This document shows, one piece after another, positions 37,519 to 48,200 of a DNA stretch of 64,000 bases. The notes beneath the pieces are model-generated. The model did not search any database and was not told the origin of the DNA. It saw only the letters and a program-made list of their open reading frames with translations. This DNA comes from Gammaproteobacteria bacterium (GTDB lineage: Bacteria; Pseudomonadota; Gammaproteobacteria; Burkholderiales; Rhodocyclaceae): the NCBI GenBank assembly GCA_018824085.1, contig JAHJHI010000054.1:7362-71361 (forward strand), written 5' to 3'. Position 1 is the stretch's first letter. Every line of letters starts with the position of its first letter. The position numbers and the translations under genes are program-made.

Positions 37519-38304
37519 ATGCTGAGCGCCCATCAACTTACGGTGAGCGCGGGCAAACGCCTGCTGCTTGACCGCGTCGACCTGTCGCTGCGTCCCGGCG
37601 AGCTGCTTGTGCTGGTCGGACCGAATGGTGCCGGCAAGACCACGCTGTTGCGCGCGCTGTCCGGCGACATCGGCGCCGCACTGCATTCGGTGTCGTGCAA
37701 CGGCCGCCCGCTGTCCGGCATTCCTGCGGCCGAACTGGCCACGCTGCGTGCCGTCCATTCGCAGCAACAGCGCAACGATCTCGATTTCACGGCGCGCCAG
37801 GTGGTCGAACTCGGACGCTTTCCGCACAACGGCGGGCGACCGGGCAGCGTTGATCGCGCCATCGCGCGCTCGGCCATGGCGCTGACCGGCTGCACCGAGC
37901 TGGCCGAACGCATCTGCGCGACGCTGTCCGGTGGCGAACAGGCACGCGTTCATCTGGCGCGCGCGCTGGCGCAGATCTGGCACGGCCCCACCGGTGCGCA
38001 CTACCTGCTGCTGGACGAGCCGGTTGCCGCGCTGGACATCATGTGGCAGCACCGGGCGCTGGCCTGCGCGCGCGAGCGCACCCGCAGCCACGGCACCGGC
38101 GTGCTCGCCATCGTGCACGACCTCAATCTCGCCGCACGCTACGCCGACCGCATGGTATTGCTGGCCGACGGCCGCATTCAGGCCGACGGCCGCGCGTTCG
38201 ACGTGCTGCACTCGACGGCGCTGGCACGGGCTTTCGGCATCCGCTGCCGCGTGCTGGACGACCCGCTCGGAGAAACGCCGGTCGTCGTCACCGAGCCGGC
38301 CTGA
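37519..38304 (+). CDS. hmuV: Heme ABC transporter ATPase
   Basis: GPNGAGKT, LSGGEQARVHLARALAQ, LLLDEP. Confidence 0.94.
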   Translation: MLSAHQLTVSAGKRLLLDRVDLSLRPGELLVLVGPNGAGKTTLLRALSGDIGAALHSVSCNGRPLSGIPAAELATLRAVHSQQQRNDLDFTARQVVELGRFPHNGGRPGSVDRAIARSAMALTGCTELAERICATLSGGEQARVHLARALAQIWHGPTGAHYLLLDEPVAALDIMWQHRALACARERTRSHGTGVLAIVHDLNLAARYADRMVLLADGRIQADGRAFDVLHSTALARAFGIRCRVLDDPLGETPVVVTEPA

Positions 38305-38322
38305 CACCGCACCGGGCCGGTT

Positions 38323-38502
38323 TCAGCCGGTCCGGTCGGTGCCGCATCCGGTGCGCGACGCGCTGCCGCACTGCCCGCACGAAGCGCATCCCCCCGTTCC
38401 GTCCCGGGTCCTGCGCAATGCCTTTCGCACCGTGGCCGTCACCTTCCAGACGGCCACGGCGACGATGAGCAGTGCCAGCAGATCGGAGAGCGACACGTTC
38501 AT
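38323..38502 (-). CDS. FeoB-associated Cys-rich small membrane protein
   Basis: TM segment then GGCASCGQC...C; ATGA-coupled to the feoB stop. Confidence 0.8.
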   Translation of the reverse strand: MNVSLSDLLALLIVAVAVWKVTATVRKALRRTRDGTGGCASCGQCGSASRTGCGTDRTG

Positions 38503-40382
38503 GCGCAGCACGCCAGGGCGACGCGGTAGGTGACGAAGGACGCGAGATAGGCCAGCGCGAACAGATAGCCCGCCATCAGCAATGGCGCACGCCAGCCGCC
38601 GGTTTCGCGGCGCACCGTGGCGAGCGTGGACAGGCACTGCGGCGCAAACACATACCAGGCCAGCAGCGACAGCGCCGTCGGCAGCCCCCAGCTCGCGGCG
38701 ATCAGCGGTGTCAGCGCGCCGGCGGTGTCTTCCGCCGTCGCCGACAGTGCATAGACCGTTCCGAGCGCACTGACGGCCACCTCGCGTGCCGCCATGCCGG
38801 GCACCAGCGCGATGGAAATCTGCCAGTTGAAACCGATGGGCTCGAAAACCGGCGCCAGCACCCTGCCTATCATGCCGGCAAAGCTGTAACTGACGGCCGG
38901 TCCGCTGGCGCCGGCCGGTGCGGCCGGGAAGCTCGCGAGAAACCACATCAGCACGGTGAGCGCGAGGATGATGCCGCCGACCCGCCGCATGAAGATGACG
39001 ACGCGCTGCCACAGTCCGATCGCAAGATTGCGCAGCGACGGCCAGTGATAGTCCGGCAACTCCATCATCAGCGTCTGCAGGCGGTCACGCGTGCCGAAAC
39101 GCTTGGCGAGCCAGGCCACGGCAATCGCCGACACGATGCCCGCCACATAGAGTGAAAAGAGCACGAGCCCCTGCAGCTCGAATCCACCAGCCACCTCGCG
39201 CGCCGGCACGAAGGCACCGATGAGCAGCGCATACACCGGCAGCCTCGCGGAGCAGGTCATCAGCGGCGCGATCATGATGGTGACCCAGCGGTCACGCGGG
39301 TTCTGGATGGTGCGCGTCGCCATGATGCCGGGAATCGCGCAGGCGAAGCTCGACAGCAGCGGGATGAAGGAGCGGCCCGACAGGCCCACTCCGCCCATCA
39401 GACGATCGAGCAGGAAGGCGGCACGCGGCAGATAGCCGGATTCCTCGAGCAGCAGGATGAAGAAGAAGAGGATGACGATCTGCGGCAGGAAGATGAGCAC
39501 ACCGCCAAGACCGGCGACGATGCCATCGACCAGCAGGCTGCGCAGCATGCCCTGGGGCAGCAGGCCCGCGACGGTGTCACCGATCAGCGACGTGCCGGCC
39601 TCGATCCAGCCCATCGGCGCCTCCGCCCAGGCGAACACGGCCTGGAAGATGAGGAACAGCAACGCGAACAGCAACACCGGGCCAAACAGCGGCTGCAGCA
39701 GCACGCGGTCCAGCCGGTCGCTGAAAGCGTGCGCCTGCATCGCGTCCAGCCCGAGCGCCTTCAGTATCTCCCGCACGCGGCGGTGATCCTCCTGCGGATC
39801 CGCCACGGCGACGTCTGCCCTGCCCGGCGCGGCCACGGCGCGCGCCGGTTGCGCGTCAAGCAGTCCGAGCAGCGCATCCGCGCCACCCGTGCGCACGGCG
39901 ACCGTCGACACCACGGGCACGCCCAACTCGCGCGACAGCACATCGGCGTCCACGTTGAAGCCGCGCGAACGCGCCAGGTCGACCATGTTCAACGCCACCA
40001 CCACCGGCAGGCCGAGCCGTTGCAGCCCCAACACCAGACGCAGCTGGCGCGGCAACTGTGTCGCGTCAACGACGGCCAGCACCAGATCGGGCCGGCGTTC
40101 GCCCGCCAGCCGACCGGCGAGCACGTCGCACGTCACCTGTTCATCGGGCGAATGCGGATTCAGGCTGTAGGTGCCGGGCAGGTCGAGCACCGCGAGGCGC
40201 CGTCCTGCCGGCGTACGCAGCAGGCCCTCCTTGCGCTCGACCGTCACACCGGCGTAATTCGCGACCTTTTGCCGGCTGCCGGTCAGCAGGTTGAACAGCG
40301 CCGTCTTGCCACAGTTCGGATTCCCCACGAGCGCCAGCAATGGCGGCCCCAGGCGCGCGCTGTCTATCACCGCCTGTGTCAC
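38499..40382 (-). CDS. feoB: Ferrous iron transporter FeoB
   Basis: VGNPNCGKT, NYAGVTVE, DLPGTYSL, NMVD, multi-TM region; GTGA overlap with feoA. Confidence 0.96.
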   Translation of the reverse strand: MTQAVIDSARLGPPLLALVGNPNCGKTALFNLLTGSRQKVANYAGVTVERKEGLLRTPAGRRLAVLDLPGTYSLNPHSPDEQVTCDVLAGRLAGERRPDLVLAVVDATQLPRQLRLVLGLQRLGLPVVVALNMVDLARSRGFNVDADVLSRELGVPVVSTVAVRTGGADALLGLLDAQPARAVAAPGRADVAVADPQEDHRRVREILKALGLDAMQAHAFSDRLDRVLLQPLFGPVLLFALLFLIFQAVFAWAEAPMGWIEAGTSLIGDTVAGLLPQGMLRSLLVDGIVAGLGGVLIFLPQIVILFFFILLLEESGYLPRAAFLLDRLMGGVGLSGRSFIPLLSSFACAIPGIMATRTIQNPRDRWVTIMIAPLMTCSARLPVYALLIGAFVPAREVAGGFELQGLVLFSLYVAGIVSAIAVAWLAKRFGTRDRLQTLMMELPDYHWPSLRNLAIGLWQRVVIFMRRVGGIILALTVLMWFLASFPAAPAGASGPAVSYSFAGMIGRVLAPVFEPIGFNWQISIALVPGMAAREVAVSALGTVYALSATAEDTAGALTPLIAASWGLPTALSLLAWYVFAPQCLSTLATVRRETGGWRAPLLMAGYLFALAYLASFVTYRVALACCA

Positions 40383-40660
40383 ATCGAATCTCCGGCAGCC
40401 GGCATGACGAGCACGCAAGCCGCCTCGGCGCGGCGCAGCGCGAAGGTCGACACGCCAACCCTCACGGCGAGCGGCTCGCCGCCGGGCTGGCCGCGGCGCA
40501 CCACGCGCACGGTTTCGCCTTCGATGAAACCGAGTTCGCGCAGTCGCTGCGCCCACTCCGGCACGCCGGCATCGATCAACGCAGCCACAATCATCGGTGC
40601 GCCGGTTGCCGTGTCACTCAGCGGAACCGCCGCGAGCGTCGGGGACATTGGCGCGTTCAT
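40379..40660 (-). CDS. feoA: FeoA
   Basis: RLRELGFIEGETV, GEPLAVRVG..FALRRAEA. Confidence 0.92.
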   Translation of the reverse strand: MNAPMSPTLAAVPLSDTATGAPMIVAALIDAGVPEWAQRLRELGFIEGETVRVVRRGQPGGEPLAVRVGVSTFALRRAEAACVLVMPAAGDSM

Positions 40661-40761
40661 GGCGACACGCGCGGCGCCGCGCAAAGGCAGACAGGGGACG
40701 GACGCAGGATCTGGATCGGCAAGGACACCATGACTGAACCGGGCGGATTCGCCCGCTTGAT

Positions 40762-40780
40762 GTTGAGAATGGTTTTTATT
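40762..40780 (-). promoter_or_regulatory. Fur box upstream of feoA
   Basis: Minus strand AATAAAAACCATTCTCAAC. Confidence 0.65.
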
Positions 40781-40893
40781 TTAACCCAGCACCGGGTGGC
40801 GGGCCAGAACGCCGATACGGCGGGCCTTCCGTGCCTCGCCGGCTTTGGCCAAATGTCCAGAGAGTGTTGCGACGACACCACAAGGATATTTTC

Positions 40894-40912
40894 ATCGATA
40901 ACCATTCTCATT
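40894..40912 (+). promoter_or_regulatory. Fur box upstream of the siderophore receptor
   Basis: ATCGATAACCATTCTCATT in an AT-rich promoter region. Confidence 0.7.
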
Positions 40913-41022
40913 TACAATAAATTACATGAGTCGGGAACTTCCTTGAACACCCCGCCCGCTCAGGACCAGCCAGCCCTTCTGCAAGCCAGTCCCCGCCAAC
41001 CCATATTCCAGGACTGACGCAG

Positions 41023-43242
41023 ATGAAGAAACACGCTCCGCCGCAGCCGCTGTCGCTGGCTGCCGCCATGCTGATGGCGCTTTCAAATACCGCCATCGCT
41101 GACGACACCGTCAAACAGACCGACCCGACCGCGACGCTGCCCGAAGTCAAGGTGCGCGACGCGAGGGAACGTCCGAATTCGCCCAACACCGGCTATCAGG
41201 CCGGCGTCATCCGCTCCACGAAGACGAAACAGCTGGCCAAGGACATTCCGCAGGCGATCACGACGGTGACCGAGCAGCTCATGCTCGACAGCAATTCCGA
41301 CACGATGAAGAGCGCGCTGCGTCACGTCGCCGGCCTGACCTTCAATTCGGGCGAAGGCGGGCGCATCGGCGACAACATCATGCTGCGCGGCTTCTACTCC
41401 TTCGGCGACCTCTATCTGGACGGCATTCGCGACGTTGCGCAGTACAACCGCGAAGTCTTCCACGTGGAACAGATCGACATACTGCGCGGCTCGGCCGCCA
41501 TGCTGTTCGGCCGTGGCCAGGCCGGCGGCGTCATCAACCGCGTCAGCAAGGAACCGGGCCTGGTCGACCACACGGAGGTGTCGGCCACCGTCGGCAGCTA
41601 TTCCTACGGCCGCCTCACCGCCGACGTGAACAAGGTGCTCGGCGAAAACATGGCGCTGCGCATCAGCGCGATGAAGACGGACGCGGAAAGCTCGCGCCGC
41701 GGCGTTGAAACCGACCGTGAAGGCCTGGCACCCACGCTGCGCTGGGGCATCGGCACCGCCAACGAATTCTCGATCGGTCACCTGTACCTGTCGACCGACG
41801 ACGTGCCGGATTTCGGCGTGCCCTTCGTCGCCACTCCAGGCGCCGTGACCGCAACGGGCGTGAAGCGCAGGCCGCTGGACGTGCCGGCAAGCCGCTTCTA
41901 CGGCACGCCCTCGGACTACGAGAAGAACGACACGAACATCACGACCGGCAGCTGGACGCACCGCTTCTCGCAAGATACCGAGCTGAGGACGGTTGCACGC
42001 TTTGCCGACTACAAGCGGGCGCTCTGGGTCACCCAGGCGATACTGGTGGGGGCAGACACCTCAACGGTGAACGATTCGTCGGTAATCCGCCGCAGTCAGA
42101 AGGCCCGTGGCGGGCACGAACGCACCGCCACGCTGCAGAGCGACTTGACGACGAAGTTCGACGCGGCCGGCATGAAGCACGAAGTGCTCGTCGGCGCCGA
42201 ACTGCTGAAGGAAAAGGCCGATCGTTGGAACTACACGGCGCTGACGGCCGGAGAACAGGCCGCCCTGAATACAACCGTCGGCAATGCGAACTCCGATCCG
42301 GTTCTGCCGGCAGGCTATGGCAACCGTACGCACAATAACCCGGCCTCTTATGACGGCGACTCGATCGGCGTCTATGCGCAGGACCAGATCGAATTCATTC
42401 CGCAGTGGAAGTTGCTCCTCGGCATTCGCCACGACCGCATGGATGCCGATTACACGCGACAGGCTGGCGGCATCACGACCGAAACGACACTGAAGTTCAA
42501 CGAGTGGAGCTATCGGAGCGGTCTGCTGTATCAGCCGGACGATCAGTCGTCGTACTACCTTGCATGGAGTGATTCGTTCAATCCGACCGCCGATCTGTAT
42601 CAGTTGAACAACGGCGTCGAATACGACGCGGAGCGCAGCCGCACGATCGAGCTGGGTACCAAGTGGGAACTGCTGGACGGCGCGCTGTCGTTGCGCACCG
42701 CGCTGTACCGCGCAACCAAGTTCAACGAGCGAAACACCGACCTGGAGCAGCCGAACATTTCCGTGCTGTCCAAGGAACGGCATACCGACGGTTTCGAGAT
42801 TGAAGCCGCCGGCCGCCTCACGAGCCGCTGGGACGTGTTCGCGGGCGTCGCGCTGATGCGCTCGCGCATCGACGACGTGTTCGTCGGGGTCAACAACCCC
42901 AACATGGTAGGGCAGCGGCCGCGCAACACGCCACCGTACACCGCCAATCTCTGGACGACCTATCGCGTCGGTGAAAGCTGGCGCGTCGGTGGCGGCATTG
43001 AAGCCAAGGGCAAGCGTCTCGCGTATGGAACGGGCGGCACCAATCCGATCTCGATGGCCCGCGTACCGGACTTCATCCGCGCCGACCTGATGCTGGCCTA
43101 CGAGCAACCGCGCTACAGCGTGAAGCTGAACGTGCTCAACGTGTTCAACAAGCGCTACTACGAGTCGGTCTATGAAAACGGCGGCTTCACCGTGCCGGGT
43201 ACCGAACGCGCGTTCCAGCTGACCACCACGCTCAAGTTCTGA
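41023..43242 (+). CDS. TonB-dependent siderophore receptor (Fiu/PiuA-like)
   Basis: TLPEVKV, DIPQAIT, GEGG..GDNIMLRGF, YLDGIRD, terminal Phe; followed by piuC. Confidence 0.9.
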   Translation: MKKHAPPQPLSLAAAMLMALSNTAIADDTVKQTDPTATLPEVKVRDARERPNSPNTGYQAGVIRSTKTKQLAKDIPQAITTVTEQLMLDSNSDTMKSALRHVAGLTFNSGEGGRIGDNIMLRGFYSFGDLYLDGIRDVAQYNREVFHVEQIDILRGSAAMLFGRGQAGGVINRVSKEPGLVDHTEVSATVGSYSYGRLTADVNKVLGENMALRISAMKTDAESSRRGVETDREGLAPTLRWGIGTANEFSIGHLYLSTDDVPDFGVPFVATPGAVTATGVKRRPLDVPASRFYGTPSDYEKNDTNITTGSWTHRFSQDTELRTVARFADYKRALWVTQAILVGADTSTVNDSSVIRRSQKARGGHERTATLQSDLTTKFDAAGMKHEVLVGAELLKEKADRWNYTALTAGEQAALNTTVGNANSDPVLPAGYGNRTHNNPASYDGDSIGVYAQDQIEFIPQWKLLLGIRHDRMDADYTRQAGGITTETTLKFNEWSYRSGLLYQPDDQSSYYLAWSDSFNPTADLYQLNNGVEYDAERSRTIELGTKWELLDGALSLRTALYRATKFNERNTDLEQPNISVLSKERHTDGFEIEAAGRLTSRWDVFAGVALMRSRIDDVFVGVNNPNMVGQRPRNTPPYTANLWTTYRVGESWRVGGGIEAKGKRLAYGTGGTNPISMARVPDFIRADLMLAYEQPRYSVKLNVLNVFNKRYYESVYENGGFTVPGTERAFQLTTTLKF

Positions 43243-43264
43243 CCTGGATCAGCCTTGGCAGCCT

Positions 43265-43295
43265 GCCCGCCGGTTAGCATTCCGGCGGGCTTTTT
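43265..43295 (+). terminator. Terminator-like hairpin between the receptor gene and piuC
   Basis: GCCCGCCGG...CCGGCGGGC followed by TTTTT. Confidence 0.7.
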
Positions 43296-43311
43296 CACTT
43301 TCGGGATCACC

Positions 43312-43995
43312 ATGCTCATTCACCTGCCTGAAGTGCTCACCGCCGACGAACTGGCGCGTGTGCGCGACATCCTCGAGCACGCGCCCTGGCAGGACGGGCG
43401 CATCACGGCCGGCAGCATTGCCGCCCAGGCCAAGAACAACCTGCAACTGGACGACTTCTGCGCAGAGTCGAACGCGGCGCGCGACATCGTGCTGGGCGCG
43501 CTCGAGCGCAACGCGACCTTCTTCACCGCGGCCTTGCCCAAACGCATCTTCCCGCCGCTGTTCAACCGCTACACCGGCAGCAGCAACTCCTTCGGCAGCC
43601 ACGTGGACAACGCCGTGCGCACCATACGCGGCACGCCGCAACGCGTGCGCACCGACCTGTCGGCCACGCTGTTCGTCAGCGAGCCGCAGGACTACGACGG
43701 CGGCGAACTGGTGATCGAGGACACCTACGGCACGCACAGCGCGAAGCTCGCGGCGGGCGACATGGTGCTCTACCCGTCCAGCAGCCTGCACCACGTGACG
43801 CCGGTTACCCGCGGCACGCGCACCGCGTGTTTCATGTGGATGGAAAGCATGGTGCGCGAGCTCGATCGGCGCCGCCTGCTGTACGAAATGGACCTGAACA
43901 TCATGGAGATGCGCGCGCAGGTCGGCGACATCGAACCCGTGATGAAGATGACTTCGGTCTATCACAACCTGCTGCGCATGTGGGCCAGCACCTGA
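43312..43995 (+). CDS. piuC: PKHD-type Fe(II)/2OG hydroxylase PiuC/YbiX
   Basis: PPLFNRY, FGSHVDN, RTDLSATLF, YDGGEL, YPSSSLHHV. Confidence 0.94.
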   Translation: MLIHLPEVLTADELARVRDILEHAPWQDGRITAGSIAAQAKNNLQLDDFCAESNAARDIVLGALERNATFFTAALPKRIFPPLFNRYTGSSNSFGSHVDNAVRTIRGTPQRVRTDLSATLFVSEPQDYDGGELVIEDTYGTHSAKLAAGDMVLYPSSSLHHVTPVTRGTRTACFMWMESMVRELDRRRLLYEMDLNIMEMRAQVGDIEPVMKMTSVYHNLLRMWAST

Positions 43996-44003
43996 GTGTG
44001 ACG

Positions 44004-45077
44004 TCAGTCGGTCGCCAGCCAGCGCCGTCCGCTGACCGTCTGCTCGAACAGCCGCCACTGCGCCGCCTCGCGGCAGGCGCCGTAGCGAAACGGCACGCCG
44101 GCGCGCCCGGGCGTCTCGAAGCGCAGGTCGCGGAACAGTGCGCATTCGCCATCGGGTCCGCTCTCCGCACTGTCCAGCACCGGGAACATGTCAAACCACC
44201 GGATCACGCCGAACACGTCGGCATTCCACGCGGCACGCGCCAGATCGCGCTGATCGGGCGCACCGAAGCGTTCGCGCAGCTGCCACCGTGCCGACGCGAG
44301 CGGCAGATAGGGCGCCGAATAGCGACGGAAGAATGACGCATCCGGCCCCGCTTCCAGCGGCTCGCGGCGCAGCGTGTTGATGTGCGCGATGTGGTAGCGC
44401 GAACCGTCATCGACCACCGCCGTCCAGTTGAACGGTGACGCCGGCCGCGGAATCGCGCTGACCAGCACTGCGTCGATGCCCTGTCGCGTTGCGTAGTCAC
44501 GCGCAAACGTGATCGCCTGCTGGCGGCCGAACGCGCCGACGCCGATCCAGACGCCCACCAGCAGAAGCGCCGCCGCCGCCGGCAGCCGGCTGCGGCGCCA
44601 CAGCGCGCTGGCCGCAACGCCCGCCAGCAACAGGGCACTCAGCACGAGATCGATGATGAAGGTGGTACCGAAACCGAAACGGCGATCCGACACGGGCGCG
44701 AAGATCATCGTGCCGAACTGGGTGATGAGATCTCCGACGATATGGATGCCGATGGCCGCGCAGGACACCGCATAGAAGGTGCGCCAGTCGCCGGGGGCAC
44801 GACGCATGCGCAGCACCGCCGGCAGCAGCCAGGCGAGCAGGAATCCCCACAGCGGCAGCAACAGGACCGAATGCGTGATGCCCCGGTGGCCGCGCAGATA
44901 GGCCAGATCCGACGCCATGCCGAGCACGAAGTCGGCATCCGGGAAGGCAGCGGCGAGTGCGCCGGCTGCCATGAACTTCCAGGCCGGCGGCGCGGTCACG
45001 GACGCGCCCGATACGGGCGGGCGCGCCATCAGGCGCCCGAGCAGTGCGCCGGACAGAGCGTGTGTAAGGGTGTCCAA
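44004..45077 (-). CDS. Membrane-bound metal-dependent hydrolase (YdjM/DUF457-like)
   Basis: MDTLTH, PDAD, HRGITHS, HIVGDLITQFGT. Confidence 0.87.
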   Translation of the reverse strand: MDTLTHALSGALLGRLMARPPVSGASVTAPPAWKFMAAGALAAAFPDADFVLGMASDLAYLRGHRGITHSVLLLPLWGFLLAWLLPAVLRMRRAPGDWRTFYAVSCAAIGIHIVGDLITQFGTMIFAPVSDRRFGFGTTFIIDLVLSALLLAGVAASALWRRSRLPAAAALLLVGVWIGVGAFGRQQAITFARDYATRQGIDAVLVSAIPRPASPFNWTAVVDDGSRYHIAHINTLRREPLEAGPDASFFRRYSAPYLPLASARWQLRERFGAPDQRDLARAAWNADVFGVIRWFDMFPVLDSAESGPDGECALFRDLRFETPGRAGVPFRYGACREAAQWRLFEQTVSGRRWLATD

Positions 45078-45217
45078 TCTGAAACCTGTCAGGTGAAAAA
45101 ATGCAAGGGATGGCGTATTGCAACCGGGTCATGGACTGCTAAAGGCGCACTTCGTTTCAACTGTGGCGCAGTGCACAACACACAGTCGTATAATGCCCGC
45201 CCGAACAGCTCTTTGGC

Positions 45218-48200
45218 TTGTTGATGGAATCCGCTACCGCGCTCATCGATTTGCACGTTTCGCGCGACCCTACCCGACTGCGCGAAATCCCCTACAACTA
45301 CACCTCCCTGTCCGACCGCGAAATCGTGATGCGGCTGCTCGGCGCCCCGATGTGGGACACGCTGGCCAGCCTGCGCGCCGAGCGCATGACCGGACGCTCG
45401 GCGCGCATGCTGTACGAAGTGCTGGGCGACATCTGGGTGGTGCAGCGCAATCCCTACCTTGAGGACGATCTGCTCGACAATCCCAAGCGCCAGGACGCGC
45501 TGGTTGACGCGATGCGGCATCGTCTGAAGGAAGTCGAGCTGCGGCGCAAGCCGGGTGGCGACGACGCGTCACGCGAGCGCGACCGCAAGGTCGGCGTGCT
45601 GCTCGACGCCGCGCGCGGCGCGGTCGACGCATTCGCCCGGCACTTCGCGCAGACGCGCCAGCTGCGGCGGCGCATCCTGAAAGTGCTGGGACGCCACACG
45701 CGTGAAGCCAACATCGCCTTCGACGGTCTCGCGCGGGTGTCGCACGTGACCGACGCCACCGACTGGCGCGTCGAGTACCCGCTGGTCGTGCTGCATCCCG
45801 ACACCGAGGACGAAGTCGCGCCGCTGGTGCGCGGCTGCATCGAACTCGGCCTGACCATCATTCCGCGCGGCGGCGGCACCGGCTACACCGGCAGCGCCGT
45901 GCCGCTGACGGCGATGTCGGCGGTCATCAACACGGAAAAGCTGATCGACCTCGGCCAGGTGGAGCAGGCCGTGCTGCCCGGACTCGACACGCCGTACGCC
46001 ACGGTGCGCACCGGCGCCGGCGTGGTGACGCGCCGCGTCATGGAGGCGGCCGAGAACGCCGGACTGGTGTTCGCCTGCGACCCGACCTCGGCCGACGCGT
46101 CTTGCGTGGGCGGCAACATCGCCACCAACGCCGGCGGCAAGAAGGCCGTGCTGTGGGGCACCGCGCTCGACAACCTGGCGTCCTGGCGCATGGTGGATGC
46201 CGACGGCTGGCCGCTGGAGGTGACCCGCCTCGAACACAACCTCGGCAAGATCCACGACGCGGCCCGCGTGCGCTTTGCCGTCCAGCGCTTCGAGCTGGAC
46301 GGCGCGACGCCGCGCGGCGAGCGTGAAATCATAGACGTGCCGGGCGCGAGCTTCCGCAAGACCGGGCTGGGCAAGGACGTCACCGACAAATTCCTGTCCG
46401 GCCTGCCCGGCGTGCAGAAGGAAGGCTGCGACGGCCTGATCACCAGCGCGCGCTGGATCCTGCACAAGCTGCCGCCGGTCACGCGCACCGTCTGTCTCGA
46501 ATTCTTCGGTCAGGTGCGCGAAGCCGTGCCCGCCATCGTCGACATCAAGGACTACCTCGACAAGCTGCCGAAATCCGGCCAGGCGCGCGTGCTGCTCGCC
46601 GGACTGGAGCACCTGGATGAGCGCTATGTGCGCGCCGTCGGCTACGCAACCAAGGCGCGCCGCCACGGACGGCCCAAGATGGTGCTCATCGGCGACATCG
46701 TCGGCGATGACGAAACCGCCGTCATGGCCGCCGCGTCGGAAGTGGTGCGCATGTGCAACCAGCGCGGCGCCGAAGGCTTCATCGCGGTGTCTGCCGAGTC
46801 GCGCAAGACCTTCTGGCTGGACCGCGCGCGCACCGCCGCGATCGCCCGCCACACCAACGCGTTCAAGATCAACGAGGACGTGGTGATCCCGCTGCCGCGC
46901 ATGGGTGACTACTGCGACGGCATCGAGCGCATCAACATCGAGCTGTCCATCGCCAGCAAGCTGCGCCTGTGCGACGCGCTGAGCGAATTCCTGCGCGGCG
47001 ACCTTCCGCTGCACGCCGGCGACGCCAATGTCGATGCCGACGAGCTGCTCGGCGACCGCCGCGCGCAGGCGCTGCAGCAGGTCGGCGCGATGCGCGGGCG
47101 CTGGCAATGGCTGCTCGACAACCTCGACCAGCCGCTGGCACGGGCCGAGCCGCTGCTGCTGTCGCTCGGCGTGGAGATCGGCCGTCTGGTCAACCGCGCC
47201 GAGCGGCCGACGCTGTTCCACCGGTTGCAGGACTACTCGGTGCGCGTGTCATGGAAACGCGAGCTGAAGCCCGTGCTCGACGAGATATTCGACGGCGCGA
47301 TGTATCGGCCCATCGTCGATCGCATCGAAGCGATCCGCAAGGACGTGCTGCGCGGGCGCGTCTTCGTCGCGCTGCACATGCACGCCGGTGACGGCAATGT
47401 GCACACGAACATCCCGGTCAATTCCGACAACTACGACATGCTGCAGGAGGCCAATGCCGCCGTCGCCCGCATCATGCGGCTGGCCCGTTCGCTCGGTGGC
47501 GTCATCTCCGGCGAGCATGGCATCGGCATCACGAAGCTGGAGTTCCTGACGGCCGAGGAACTGGCACCCTTCATCGACTACAAGCGGCGCATCGATCCGC
47601 ACGGCCACTTCAACGCCGGCAAACTGCTGCCCGGCGGCGACCTGAGCCGCGCCTACACGCCGTCGTTCTCGCTGCTCGGCACCGAATCGCTGATCATGGA
47701 GAAGAGCGACGTCGGGCAGATCGCCACGTCGATCAAGGACTGTCTGCGTTGCGGCAAATGCAAGCCGGTGTGCGCCACCCACGTGCCGCGCGCCAACCTG
47801 CTCTACTCGCCGCGCAACAAGATTCTCGCCACCTCGCTGCTGATCGAGGCCTTCCTGTACGAAGAGCAGACGCGGCGCGGCATCTCGCTGCGCCACTTCG
47901 ACGAATTCAGCGACGTGGCGGATCACTGCACGGTGTGCCACAAGTGCGCCAATCCCTGCCCGGTCGACATCGACTTCGGCGACGTGTCCATCGCCATGCG
48001 CAATGCTCTGCGCAAACAGGGCAAGCGCAAGTTCAATCCGGGCACCGCGGCGTCGATGGCCTTCCTGAACGCCACCGACCCGGCCACCATCAAGGCCCTG
48101 CGCGTGGCCATGATGGGCATCGGCTACCGCATGCAGCGGCTCGGTCACCGCGTCGGCAAGGCGCTCGGCCTGGTCGACCGGCAGACGCGCAATCCACCGC

